Below, in pieces: positions 11,519 to 18,732 of a stretch of DNA of 35,055 nucleotides. Position 1 is the first letter of the stretch. The number at the start of each line of letters is the position of its first letter. The translations under genes were made by a program, and so were the position numbers. This DNA is from Nevskiales bacterium. GTDB lineage: Bacteria; Pseudomonadota; Gammaproteobacteria; Nevskiales; CAJXLF01. The stretch spans positions 1-35,055 of the forward strand of contig JBFKKS010000001.1 of assembly GCA_041630955.1 (NCBI GenBank). The letters are read 5' to 3'. The notes under the pieces are model-generated. The model did not search any database. It was not told the DNA's origin and worked only from the letters and a program-made list of their open reading frames with translations.

Positions 11519-12286
11519 TTAAGCGCTATCCCTGATCGCTGCGCGCACCTGGCGCAGCCGCAGGTTAAATGATGCCAGGTAGATCATCAGGAAGTAGGCG
11601 ATACACCATTCCTTCAGTTCCCCACTTGAGATGTTAAACCGTGGTGGTTGCGGATTGCCGGTGATGGCTGAATATATGCCCTCCGGCCAGGAGATGGCGA
11701 CCCCAAAGATGCCGGCTGGAAGGCAGACCATGGTCGGCCAAATCCAGAAGTTGATCCCTGCCGGATCAAGCGTGATTTGCTTGGAGCGTCGCCACAGAGG
11801 GGCAATGATGGCGCCAACCAGCATGCCCAGTGTGAGCAGGTTGCGCGGAAGCTGATCAAGCAGCGGGCCGTATTTGTCCGAGTTGTGCAGGTTGGTTTCC
11901 TGCTGATCATTGAATTGCTGCCAGGCTTCGCTGGTCTCCCAGCCGATCAGGTGTTGACCCCAACTGGCCTCCTCGCCGCCGAAATAGACACAGCCCAGCG
12001 TGCCCAGTATGAGCCATACCCATAGTCGCCAGTCAGATTGTTCCAGACCTCGCATGATCCAAAGGGTGTGGAGCCCGATCAGCACGGCGACGATCAAAAG
12101 CGCCATGGTGGATAACTCGTTAGTGCCGAGTTCCCCCCCGCCGAGGTATTTCTCGTACAGCGCACGGCTGATGCCGGCCAGGGTGAAATGCAGGGTTACA
12201 TAAGCCAGCGGCACCCATAGCCAGAGCCAGCGGGGCAGGTCACGAAAGTCATTGGCATGCACAAGCTTGGAAGAAGTTGGGATCAT
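11519..12286 (-). CDS. Uncharacterised Trp-rich polytopic membrane protein
   Basis: The 255-aa protein has about six hydrophobic helices (WLWLWVPLAYVTLHFTLAGI, WRLWVWLILGTLGCVYFGG, INFWIWPTMVCLPAGIFGVAISW) and a loop motif GGEEASWGQH. I do not recognise the family. Confidence 0.6.
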   Translation of the reverse strand: MIPTSSKLVHANDFRDLPRWLWLWVPLAYVTLHFTLAGISRALYEKYLGGGELGTNELSTMALLIVAVLIGLHTLWIMRGLEQSDWRLWVWLILGTLGCVYFGGEEASWGQHLIGWETSEAWQQFNDQQETNLHNSDKYGPLLDQLPRNLLTLGMLVGAIIAPLWRRSKQITLDPAGINFWIWPTMVCLPAGIFGVAISWPEGIYSAITGNPQPPRFNISSGELKEWCIAYFLMIYLASFNLRLRQVRAAIRDSA

Positions 12287-12352
12287 GGCCGACTTAAATT
12301 AGCAATAAAGTGGGCTGCCATTATAGCCCTGCCGCGAATTCGGGTACTTTTC

Positions 12353-12631
12353 CTAGCTGCGTATCTCGAAACCATCAGGCAGGTTGTAGGCATCCGTAGG
12401 CATGGCCTGTAAACCGGCAACGCGCGCTCCAGGCGGGCCGTGGCGCAGCCAGTTTTCCAGGTTATGCAGGGCGTCCGAGTTGCCTCTTGCGACGACCTCA
12501 ACACGACCGTCCGGCAGGTTTCGGGTCCAGCCGCGCAACCCGATGGGCAGGGCATAGTTGCAGGCGGCGACACGGAAATTCACGCCTTGAACGGTTCCGC
12601 TAACAAGGTAGCGGCGAGTCATCTGCATCAT
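12353..12631 (-). CDS. Acylphosphatase
   Basis: The signature V-x-G-x-V-Q-G-V-x-F-R is present (YLVSGTVQGVNFR), followed by GWTRNLPDGRVEVVARG. I chose ATG 12631 because a GGAG lies 8 nt upstream. The longest ORF starts at 12655. Confidence 0.85.
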   Translation of the reverse strand: MMQMTRRYLVSGTVQGVNFRVAACNYALPIGLRGWTRNLPDGRVEVVARGNSDALHNLENWLRHGPPGARVAGLQAMPTDAYNLPDGFEIRS

Positions 12632-12823
12632 GGTGAGCACTCCATGCGCAAGCATTTCTGATTATTAGAGAGCTGTGATTATAGCGCTAAATCGGTCCGT
12701 CCAGTACTGTTTGTACATGGTGCATTGCACCGTATTAATTGACTCGCAGCGCAAATTCTACGAGCATATTTGGCCAAGCGAGCCGATTTTCTGTCGGCAT
12801 CCTCGATCCTGTTGGGGGAATTT

Positions 12824-13156
12824 ATGACTAAACGGACACGCGCACTTCAGGCGCTGATTGCGGCTGCACTGTTGTTGCCGGCCTTTGCCTGGGCAGCTGG
12901 TGACGCCCAGGCGGGCAAGATTAAAGCCGACACCTGCATGGGCTGCCATGGCATTGTTAACTACGCCAACGTGTACCCCAGTTATAGGGTGCCAATGTTG
13001 GGTGGCCAGCACCCGGAATATATCGTGGCGGCATTGAAGGCTTATAAGAGCGGTGAGCGCAGTCACAAGACCATGCATGCGCAGGCTGCGCAGATGAGTG
13101 AACAGGATATGGCCGATATTGCTGCCTTTCTAAGCAGCGCGCCGCAAGCCAAGTAG
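12824..13156 (+). CDS. Monoheme c-type cytochrome (class I, c4-domain-like)
   Basis: The signal peptide is MTKRTRALQALIAAALLLPAFAWA/AG. The single heme motif is CMGCH, and it also has GGQHPEYIVAALKAYKSGER...MHAQA. The longest ORF begins at 12770. Confidence 0.85.
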   Translation: MTKRTRALQALIAAALLLPAFAWAAGDAQAGKIKADTCMGCHGIVNYANVYPSYRVPMLGGQHPEYIVAALKAYKSGERSHKTMHAQAAQMSEQDMADIAAFLSSAPQAK

Positions 13157-13168
13157 GTTGGAACGATT

Positions 13169-13507
13169 ATGAAGAAGACTTTAATTAAAGCAGCGCTTGT
13201 TGCCGCGTTTACGAGTTTGGCAGCAAGTGTCCACGCCGCTGAGGCTACCAAGTCAATCGAACAACTCACGGCAAACTGTGCGGCTTGCCATGGGGCTACC
13301 GGCGTGAGTGCCAGTGCGGCTTTTCCAACCATTGCAGGGCAGCATCCCAGCTATCTAGAACGGGCATTGCTGGATTATCAATTGGGCGCCAGAAAGAATC
13401 CGATCATGGCCGGGCAGGTGGCCAACCTGACCAAAGCAGACATCAAGAAGCTAGCGGCATTCTATGCCGCACAGGAAGGCCCCCTGTACACACCTGGTAT
13501 GGACTAG
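13169..13507 (+). CDS. Monoheme c-type cytochrome (class I, c4-domain-like)
   Basis: The signal peptide is MKKTLIKAALVAAFTSLAASVHA/AE. The heme motif is CAACH, and it also has AGQHPSYLERALLDYQLGARKNPIMAG. It starts 12 nt after the previous cytochrome gene. Confidence 0.85.
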   Translation: MKKTLIKAALVAAFTSLAASVHAAEATKSIEQLTANCAACHGATGVSASAAFPTIAGQHPSYLERALLDYQLGARKNPIMAGQVANLTKADIKKLAAFYAAQEGPLYTPGMD

Positions 13508-13533
13508 GCAGGTTTAGTTTGAATGACGATCAA

Positions 13534-13556
13534 GGCCCGCACTGCGGGCCTTTTTT
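13534..13556 (+). terminator. Rho-independent terminator after the cytochrome c pair
   Basis: GGCCCGC (13534-13540), a short ACT loop and GCGGGCC (13544-13550) are followed by TTTTTT (13551-13556). Confidence 0.8.
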
Positions 13557-13597
13557 GTAGGTTTGCCAGATAGATTGAGCTGGCTGGCCTGTAACGC

Positions 13598-13625
13598 TTG
13601 TCTTGATCAAGGCTTGGGCTATATT
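13598..13625 (+). promoter_or_regulatory. Possible sigma70 promoter for the OM beta-barrel gene (TTGTCT-16 nt-TATATT)
   Basis: TTGTCT is at 13598-13603 and TATATT at 13620-13625. The element lies about 30 nt upstream of ATG 13655. It is a motif match only. Confidence 0.3.
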
Positions 13626-13654
13626 TCCATCAGGCAGATAAGGACGGATTGATC

Positions 13655-14275
13655 ATGCAGGAAGGCGGTGGATGCCTGTCACGAACTCGATCGCAGGTTT
13701 GGTGCCTGTTTGCCATGTTACTTGTCTGTGCAGACTCACATGCGGCCAACCTAAGTTATCGATATTTCGAAGCTGGCTATAGCCATACCGATATCTCCCT
13801 GGCGGATGGTAATGGTGGCTATATTCTGGGTAGCTGGCAGTTAGGCGAGCACTGGTTTGTGCTCGGTCAATATAGTGAGAACAACCTGCGCAGTAATCAG
13901 GCACCCTCCAAGGCCGACTTCGAGTACGTACGTGCAGGCTTGGGTTACCGGGCAGCAATGCCGGGGTGGTATCGCACTGACTGGTATGCGCTGATCAGCT
14001 ATAACGAAATTGACCTGACCGAATTCGAGGACGAAAGTGAAAGCGGCGAAGATTTTGAACTAGGCCTGAAGTACCGATGGCGCCCGGGACTGGTGGTCAC
14101 GGCAGCGGCGCGTTATTTCAACTCCAATATCGAATGTATTGATCTGCTCGCGGGGGAAGCAGGTTACAAGTTGGGTGCCAACTGGAACTTTACTCGCAAA
14201 ACCGGGGTCGCTATCAGTTACGAGGACATCCACCGTTTCAGCGAGTGGCGTATCGGCCTGCGAAAGCACTGGTGA
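13655..14275 (+). CDS. Small outer-membrane beta-barrel protein (OmpA-N/OmpW-like 8-strand class)
   Basis: The signal-like N-terminus is MQEGGGCLSRTRSQVWCLFAMLLVCADSHA/AN. It has alternating amphipathic strands (YRYFEAGYSHTDIS, WFVLGQYSEN, YVRAGLGYRA, WYALISYNEI, FELGLKYRW, VVTAAARYFN, GYKLGANWNF, GVAISYED) and an aromatic C-terminus (...GLRKHW). Confidence 0.7.
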   Translation: MQEGGGCLSRTRSQVWCLFAMLLVCADSHAANLSYRYFEAGYSHTDISLADGNGGYILGSWQLGEHWFVLGQYSENNLRSNQAPSKADFEYVRAGLGYRAAMPGWYRTDWYALISYNEIDLTEFEDESESGEDFELGLKYRWRPGLVVTAAARYFNSNIECIDLLAGEAGYKLGANWNFTRKTGVAISYEDIHRFSEWRIGLRKHW

Positions 14276-14425
14276 AACAGTGCCAGCTGGCGGTTAAGTA
14301 ACGCTTGGCAACGGGACCGCATCTAAGCGAATAAGCCTGATAAACCAGGGCAACCGAACTTTGTCGGTGAATGCGGACCTAACAGCGGGAAGCCCTGGCC
14401 GACGGGTTATCAACGAGTTATATCG

Positions 14426-14439
14426 ATTGCAACTGCAAT
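14426..14439. promoter_or_regulatory. Perfect 6-2-6 palindrome ATTGCA-AC-TGCAAT upstream of the RiPP precursor gene (candidate operator)
   Basis: Read directly from the sequence: ATTGCA at 14426-14431 and TGCAAT at 14434-14439. It lies 40 nt upstream of ATG 14479. Its function is not established. Confidence 0.3.
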
Positions 14440-14478
14440 CTTTCGGGGCAAGGCCCCAATGTGACAGGAGTTAGACAA

Positions 14479-14793
14479 ATGAGTATCAAGCAGGAAAAGA
14501 AAACGCCATTGGGCATGGTCGCGGGTGCGGCGCTGGTCACCTCGCTGGCCATGTCTTTGAACGCCCAGGCCAGTGAAAACCCGTTCCAGGTGAATGTGCT
14601 GAACAGCGGCTACCAGCTGGCTGATGCCCACGAAGGCAAGTGTGGTGAGGGTAAATGTGGTGAAGGTAAATGCGGCGAGAAGAAAGCCAAGGAAGCCAAG
14701 TGTGGTGAAGGCAAGTGCGGCGAAAAGAAAGCCAAGGAAGCCAAGTGTGGTGAAGGTAAATGTGGTGAAGGCAAGTGCGGCGAAAAGAAATAA
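14479..14793 (+). CDS. hvfA: Secreted Cys-repeat RiPP precursor, HvfA-like (EGKCG-repeat metallophore precursor)
   Basis: AGGAG (14466-14470) lies 8 nt before ATG 14479. The Sec signal is MSIKQEKKTPLGMVAGAALVTSLAMSLNAQA/SENPF. The C-terminal 53 residues are HEGKCGEGKCGEGKCGEKKAKEAKCGEGKCGEKKAKEAKCGEGKCGEGKCGEKK, containing 8 Cys, each in a K-C-G-E context. A DUF692 gene follows 18 nt downstream. Confidence 0.85.
   Translation: MSIKQEKKTPLGMVAGAALVTSLAMSLNAQASENPFQVNVLNSGYQLADAHEGKCGEGKCGEGKCGEKKAKEAKCGEGKCGEKKAKEAKCGEGKCGEGKCGEKK
14632..14790 (+). repeat. In-frame tandem coding repeats (15-nt EGKCG units; 45-nt EKKAKEAKCGEGKCG higher-order unit)
   Basis: A 32-nt perfect direct repeat, aagaaagccaaggaagccaagtgtggtgaagg, occurs at 14680-14711 and 14725-14756. 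The 45-nt units 14677-14721 and 14722-14766 differ at 5 positions, all synonymous third-codon positions. Confidence 0.9.
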
Positions 14794-14811
14794 TCTCACT
14801 TTGATCACCAG

Positions 14812-15675
14812 ATGAAAGTTTATCCGGTGCAGGGCGCCGGGCTTGGACTGCGGCGGGCCCTGATGGGCCCGCTGCTGGATCGAGTCTCGAATCCTTCCCC
14901 GCCAGTAATTGATTTTCTGGAAGTTGCGCCGGAAAACTGGATTGATATTGGTGGACTTCGAGGCCGGCAGTTCCGCGGGTTTACTGAGCGATTCCCCTTT
15001 GTTTGCCATGGCTTGTCGCTATCCATCGGCGGGCCGGCCCCTCTCGACCTGGCGTTTCTTCACAAGGTCAAAAGCTTTCTGGACGAACACGGGGTGCTTT
15101 GCTACAGCGAGCATCTGAGTTATTGCGGCGATGATGGCCATCTTTATGACCTGATGCCGATTCCCTTTACGGCAGAGGCCGTGACATACGTTGCCGGTCG
15201 CATTCGGCAGGTGCAGGCCATTCTGGAGCGCCGCATAGCCATTGAAAACGTCTCCTACTACGCCGCACCGGGCGCTGAGATGTCGGAACTCGAGTTTTTG
15301 CTGGCCGTGCTGGAAGAGGCCGATTGTGACTTGCTGCTGGACGTCAACAACATTGTCGTGAACAGCGTGAATCATCGTTACGATCCCGAGGCTTTCCTCA
15401 GGGCATTGCCTGCCGAGCGTCTAGCCTACGCACATGTTGCCGGCCACTATGTGGAAGCTGAAGACCTGCGGGTAGATACTCATGCGGCTGACGTCAGCGA
15501 GCCGGTGTGGGCATTGCTGGAAACCGCCTATGCCCATTTTGGGGTCTTTCCGACTCTACTGGAGCGCGATTTCAATATTCCTCCGCTGGACGAACTACTG
15601 CCCGAGGTGCAACGCATCAAAAGCTTACAGGCAAGCCACAGCCAAACAGACAGGGTGACCATCAATGCCGGATAG
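14812..15675 (+). CDS. hvfB: DUF692-family multinuclear non-heme iron oxidative enzyme (MNIO; MbnB/HvfB/BufB-like RiPP maturase)
   Basis: Characteristic DUF692 TIM-barrel motif series: [88 protein letters not shown]. The protein is 287 aa. Confidence 0.88.
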   Translation: MKVYPVQGAGLGLRRALMGPLLDRVSNPSPPVIDFLEVAPENWIDIGGLRGRQFRGFTERFPFVCHGLSLSIGGPAPLDLAFLHKVKSFLDEHGVLCYSEHLSYCGDDGHLYDLMPIPFTAEAVTYVAGRIRQVQAILERRIAIENVSYYAAPGAEMSELEFLLAVLEEADCDLLLDVNNIVVNSVNHRYDPEAFLRALPAERLAYAHVAGHYVEAEDLRVDTHAADVSEPVWALLETAYAHFGVFPTLLERDFNIPPLDELLPEVQRIKSLQASHSQTDRVTINAG

Positions 15676-16441
15676 CCGGACCGGGAATAGGCCCGCCTTC
15701 CAGCAACTGCAATACGCATTTGCCGCGCATTTGCGCGACCCGGCAGTCAATCCTGCGCCAGTCGGTATCGAAGATCGCCGCATGCAGGTTTACCGTGATC
15801 TGTTCTACAACAACATGCAGGACTACCTGGCCAATGGTTTTCCCGTCCTGCGCAGCCTCTATGATGAGCAGGACTGGTTCGCCCTGGTACGCCAGTTCTA
15901 CGCACAACATCAATCGCACAGCCCCCAGTTTTACCAGATAGGCGCGGAGTTTCTGGCCTATCTGCAGGATGAGCATCAGGTGCGTGCCTGTGATCCGCCG
16001 TTCCTGTTTGAGTTGGCGCATTACGAGTGGGTGGAAATGATCCTGGCGATTGACCCGGCTAAACCGGTTACCGACCTGGATGCCGGGGGCGATTTGCTCG
16101 ACGGCTGCCCGGTAGTGACGCCGTGGCTTCGCAACCTCAGCTATGCCTTTGACGTACAGCGCATTTCCCCGTCGTATCGCCCCAGCGAGCCGCCGGCACA
16201 GCCAACTTTTCTAGCCGTATATCGCAAGCTTGATGACGAAATCGTCTTTTTGGAACTGAACGCCGTGACTGCGCAACTGTTGCAGCGTTTGATGGATGTA
16301 CAAGACAGGACGGGGCGACAGCTGCTGGAGGAGCTGGCCGTTGAAACGGGCGGGGATGCCCAGCAGTTGCTGGCCTTTGGCAGTGACTTGCTGGCAGATT
16401 TACGCGCAAAACAGGTGCTGCTCGGGACCCGCAAAGTCTGA
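15665..16441 (+). CDS. hvfC: DUF2063-family partner protein of MNIO enzymes (HvfC/BufC-like)
   Basis: The ATG at 15665 overlaps the hvfB stop by 11 nt. The N-terminus [15 protein letters not shown]...[24 protein letters not shown] is typical of DUF2063 proteins, which are encoded next to DUF692 genes. Confidence 0.8.
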   Translation: MPDSRTGNRPAFQQLQYAFAAHLRDPAVNPAPVGIEDRRMQVYRDLFYNNMQDYLANGFPVLRSLYDEQDWFALVRQFYAQHQSHSPQFYQIGAEFLAYLQDEHQVRACDPPFLFELAHYEWVEMILAIDPAKPVTDLDAGGDLLDGCPVVTPWLRNLSYAFDVQRISPSYRPSEPPAQPTFLAVYRKLDDEIVFLELNAVTAQLLQRLMDVQDRTGRQLLEELAVETGGDAQQLLAFGSDLLADLRAKQVLLGTRKV

Positions 16442-16539
16442 GCCAGGCTTTTGCAGTTGGTTTGTTGTACTGAGCGACGCATTCTGTCGCCCGCTTATTT
16501 ACACTGGTCGTATGGTTTGTGTCTTCGCATGGAGTTCCT

Positions 16540-17766
16540 TTGGAAACAATCATCCTGGGTTTATTGCTGGTACTAATTGGTGGCGTCGGGGTGTTGCTAT
16601 GGCTCGTGAGCCGTAACCGGCCCGGGCAGGCGCAACGTGACCAGCTAGGCCAGATCACGACCGAGCTAGGTGCGCAGAAGGGTTTTTTTGACCTCATGGG
16701 GCGCAAGCTGGAAGAGTCGGTTCAACGTCTGGACGACAACCTGCGTCGAGACCTCAAGGAGAGCCGTGAGGATCAGGCACGTCATCATATCGAGGTGCTC
16801 AAGGAGTTGCAGGCGGGTGCCAGGAGTCTGGGCGACCAGGTTGGCAAACGCGTCGATGCCTTGACCGACTCAACTGATAAGCGCCTGAAGGAGATCAGCG
16901 GACAGGTCGAGAAACGCCTGGCCGAGGGCTTCGACAAGACCAACAAGACCTTCAACGACGTGGTCGAAAGACTGGCCAAGATCGACGAGGCACAGAAGAA
17001 AATCACGGAGCTGTCCGGCAATGTCGTGAGCCTGCAGGAGGTGCTTTCCGACAAACGCTCACGTGGTGCTTTTGGCGAGGTACAGCTGGCATCTCTGGTT
17101 CGCAACATGCTGCCGGAGAATGCCTTCGCACTGCAGCACACGCTGCCGAACGGCACACGGGTCGACTGCATGCTGTTTCTGCCCGAGCCGACCGGCAATG
17201 TCGGCGTGGATGCCAAGTTTCCGCTGGAAAGCTTTCGCACCCTGACGGACCTGCAAACCGGTCCGGCCGATCGCAGCGTGGCGGAAAGACAGTTCAAGCA
17301 GGACCTGCGCAAGCACATCAAGGATATTGCAGATAAATACATCATCCCTGGCCAGACGGCGTCCGGGGCGGTCATGTTCGTGCCAGCCGAAGCCGTGTTC
17401 GCCGAGATTCATGCGCACCACCCTGATCTGGTCGAGGAGGCGCAACGTGCCAACGTGTGGATGACCTCACCCACCACTCTGATGGCGGTTCTCACCACCG
17501 CTCGCGCCGTACTCAAGGACGAGGCAACCCGCCGCCAGGTGCATATTATCCAGGAGCACCTGGTAGCACTGAACAAGGACTTCGGGCGCTTCAAGACGCG
17601 TATGGAAAAGCTGTCGAATCATATTCGCCAGGCGCATGAGGATGCCCAGATGGTACAGACCTCAGCGAATAAGATTAGTAGTCGCTTCGAAAAGATAGAG
17701 CGGGTGGAAGTAGAGGTGGAACTAACGGATAAACCGCAGCTAGTTGAGCACGACGAATCGAATTAG
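16540..17766 (+). CDS. rmuC: DNA recombination protein RmuC
   Basis: It has an N-terminal TM helix (IILGLLLVLIGGVGVLLWLV) and a long coiled coil. The C-terminal RmuC domain reads RGAFGEVQLASLVRNMLPE...VDCMLFLPEP...VDAKFPLESF...VMFVPAEAVFAE. I chose TTG 16540 because GGAG lies 5 nt upstream. The longest ORF starts at GTG 16519. Confidence 0.88.
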   Translation: METIILGLLLVLIGGVGVLLWLVSRNRPGQAQRDQLGQITTELGAQKGFFDLMGRKLEESVQRLDDNLRRDLKESREDQARHHIEVLKELQAGARSLGDQVGKRVDALTDSTDKRLKEISGQVEKRLAEGFDKTNKTFNDVVERLAKIDEAQKKITELSGNVVSLQEVLSDKRSRGAFGEVQLASLVRNMLPENAFALQHTLPNGTRVDCMLFLPEPTGNVGVDAKFPLESFRTLTDLQTGPADRSVAERQFKQDLRKHIKDIADKYIIPGQTASGAVMFVPAEAVFAEIHAHHPDLVEEAQRANVWMTSPTTLMAVLTTARAVLKDEATRRQVHIIQEHLVALNKDFGRFKTRMEKLSNHIRQAHEDAQMVQTSANKISSRFEKIERVEVEVELTDKPQLVEHDESN

Positions 17767-17841
17767 TTGATACTGTGTGCCTGAAGACCTGATACTAATC
17801 TGGCCATTAAGGCGTGTGCTAAGTAATAGAGGAGGGGTATT

Positions 17842-18621
17842 TTGGCAAATCTAGACGCCACGGTAACCTGTGCTTCGACGGCGGTTATTGAAACATCAGA
17901 CATTGGCAGAAACTGCAGCATCTCGGACTTTGCCGTTATTCGTAAGGGCGCGCGTCTCGGGGAGGGTGTCATCGTGCATCCGCATGTGGTCATTAATGAA
18001 AATGTCGTTATTGGTGACGGTGTGGAACTGCATGCTGGTGCGGTTATCGGCAAGCTTCCGACCGGCGCTCATATCCTTTCGCGAAAACCCCATTGCGAAA
18101 AGATACTTTCCATCGGTAAGGGTTGCTCAATCGGACCCCACGCAGTTATTTACTACGAAGTCCAAATCGGTGAATACACATTGGTCGGGGATGGGGCTTC
18201 TATTCGCGAACAGTGCGACGTGGGCGCTTATTCTTTGATCAGTCGTTGTGTGACGGTTAATTGCAATACGCATATTGGCAATCGCGTCAAAATAATGGAC
18301 AACACACATATCACAGGCAATGCATGGGTGGGCGATAACGTATTTATCAGCACAGGCGTTTCAACTACCAACGATAATTTCAAACATGCGCAATATGACG
18401 AAGCTCGTATGCAAGGCCCTTCCATCATGCGTTTCGCGCGTATTGGCGCGGGGGTGATTTTGCTGCCCGGCGTCACTATTGGTGAAGCTGCGCTCGTAGG
18501 GGCGGGCAGCGTCGTTACCAAAGACGTGCTACCAGGTAGTTTGGTCAAGGGTGTTCCGGGGCGCTCGATGCCTCGGGTTAATGACGGCTTATCCTTTACG
18601 TTGCTGGATGCGAGTGAATGA
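17842..18621 (+). CDS. Left-handed beta-helix (hexapeptide-repeat) acyl/acetyltransferase
   Basis: TTG start at 17842, with GGAGG (17831-17835) 6 nt upstream. The protein has repeated [LIV]-G-x4 hexapeptides (VIGDGVELHAGAVIG, SIGKGCSIGPHAVI, QIGEYTLVGDGASI, RIGAGVILLPGVTIGEAALVGAGSVV). GC content is clearly lower than in neighbouring genes. Confidence 0.8.
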   Translation: MANLDATVTCASTAVIETSDIGRNCSISDFAVIRKGARLGEGVIVHPHVVINENVVIGDGVELHAGAVIGKLPTGAHILSRKPHCEKILSIGKGCSIGPHAVIYYEVQIGEYTLVGDGASIREQCDVGAYSLISRCVTVNCNTHIGNRVKIMDNTHITGNAWVGDNVFISTGVSTTNDNFKHAQYDEARMQGPSIMRFARIGAGVILLPGVTIGEAALVGAGSVVTKDVLPGSLVKGVPGRSMPRVNDGLSFTLLDASE

Positions 18622-18732
18622 GCTGTTTAAATGGCAATCTGGGCGGCTGGACCACCCGCTGATGACAGCATCCATAAAGCACTAGTAATAACTGGTTGGT
18701 AATTAAGCCAGACGTGCGTGCAGGCCGGCTCA

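Noticed and set aside
12719-12731. A 13-bp palindrome, GGTGCA-T-TGCACC, in the acylphosphatase/cytochrome c divergent spacer, considered as an FNR/CRP-type site.
   Set aside because: It does not match the TTGAT-N4-ATCAA or TGTGA-N6-TCACA consensus, and no convincing promoter hexamers could be placed around it.
14305-14320. A sigma54-like -24/-12 element, TGGCAA-N5-CCGCA (correct GG-N10-GC spacing), upstream of the precursor gene.
   Set aside because: The -12 region lacks the conserved TTGC. The site lies about 160 nt from the start codon, and no enhancer-binding protein gene is nearby. The match is too weak to call.
14632-14790. Short tandem DNA repeats that could be mistaken for a CRISPR-like or VNTR array.
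   Set aside because: The units are 15 and 45 nt, contiguous, without spacers, in frame inside an ORF and differing only at synonymous sites. They are coding repeats, not a CRISPR array.
14410-15009. A 199-aa reverse-strand ORF with striking F/T/L/G/A repeats (FTTFTFTTLGFLGFLFAALAFTTLG...) lying opposite the precursor gene.
   Set aside because: It is the antisense shadow of the EGKCG coding repeats. It has no SD. It spans the precursor gene and runs into the MNIO gene, and the forward-strand gene has a signal peptide, an RBS and the matching enzyme context.
16473-16501. A weak hairpin (GCGAC-7 nt-GTCGC) followed by CGCTTATTT after hvfC.
   Set aside because: It has only a 5-bp stem and an interrupted T-tract, so it may or may not terminate the cassette. 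I cannot tell whether the cassette reads through into rmuC.
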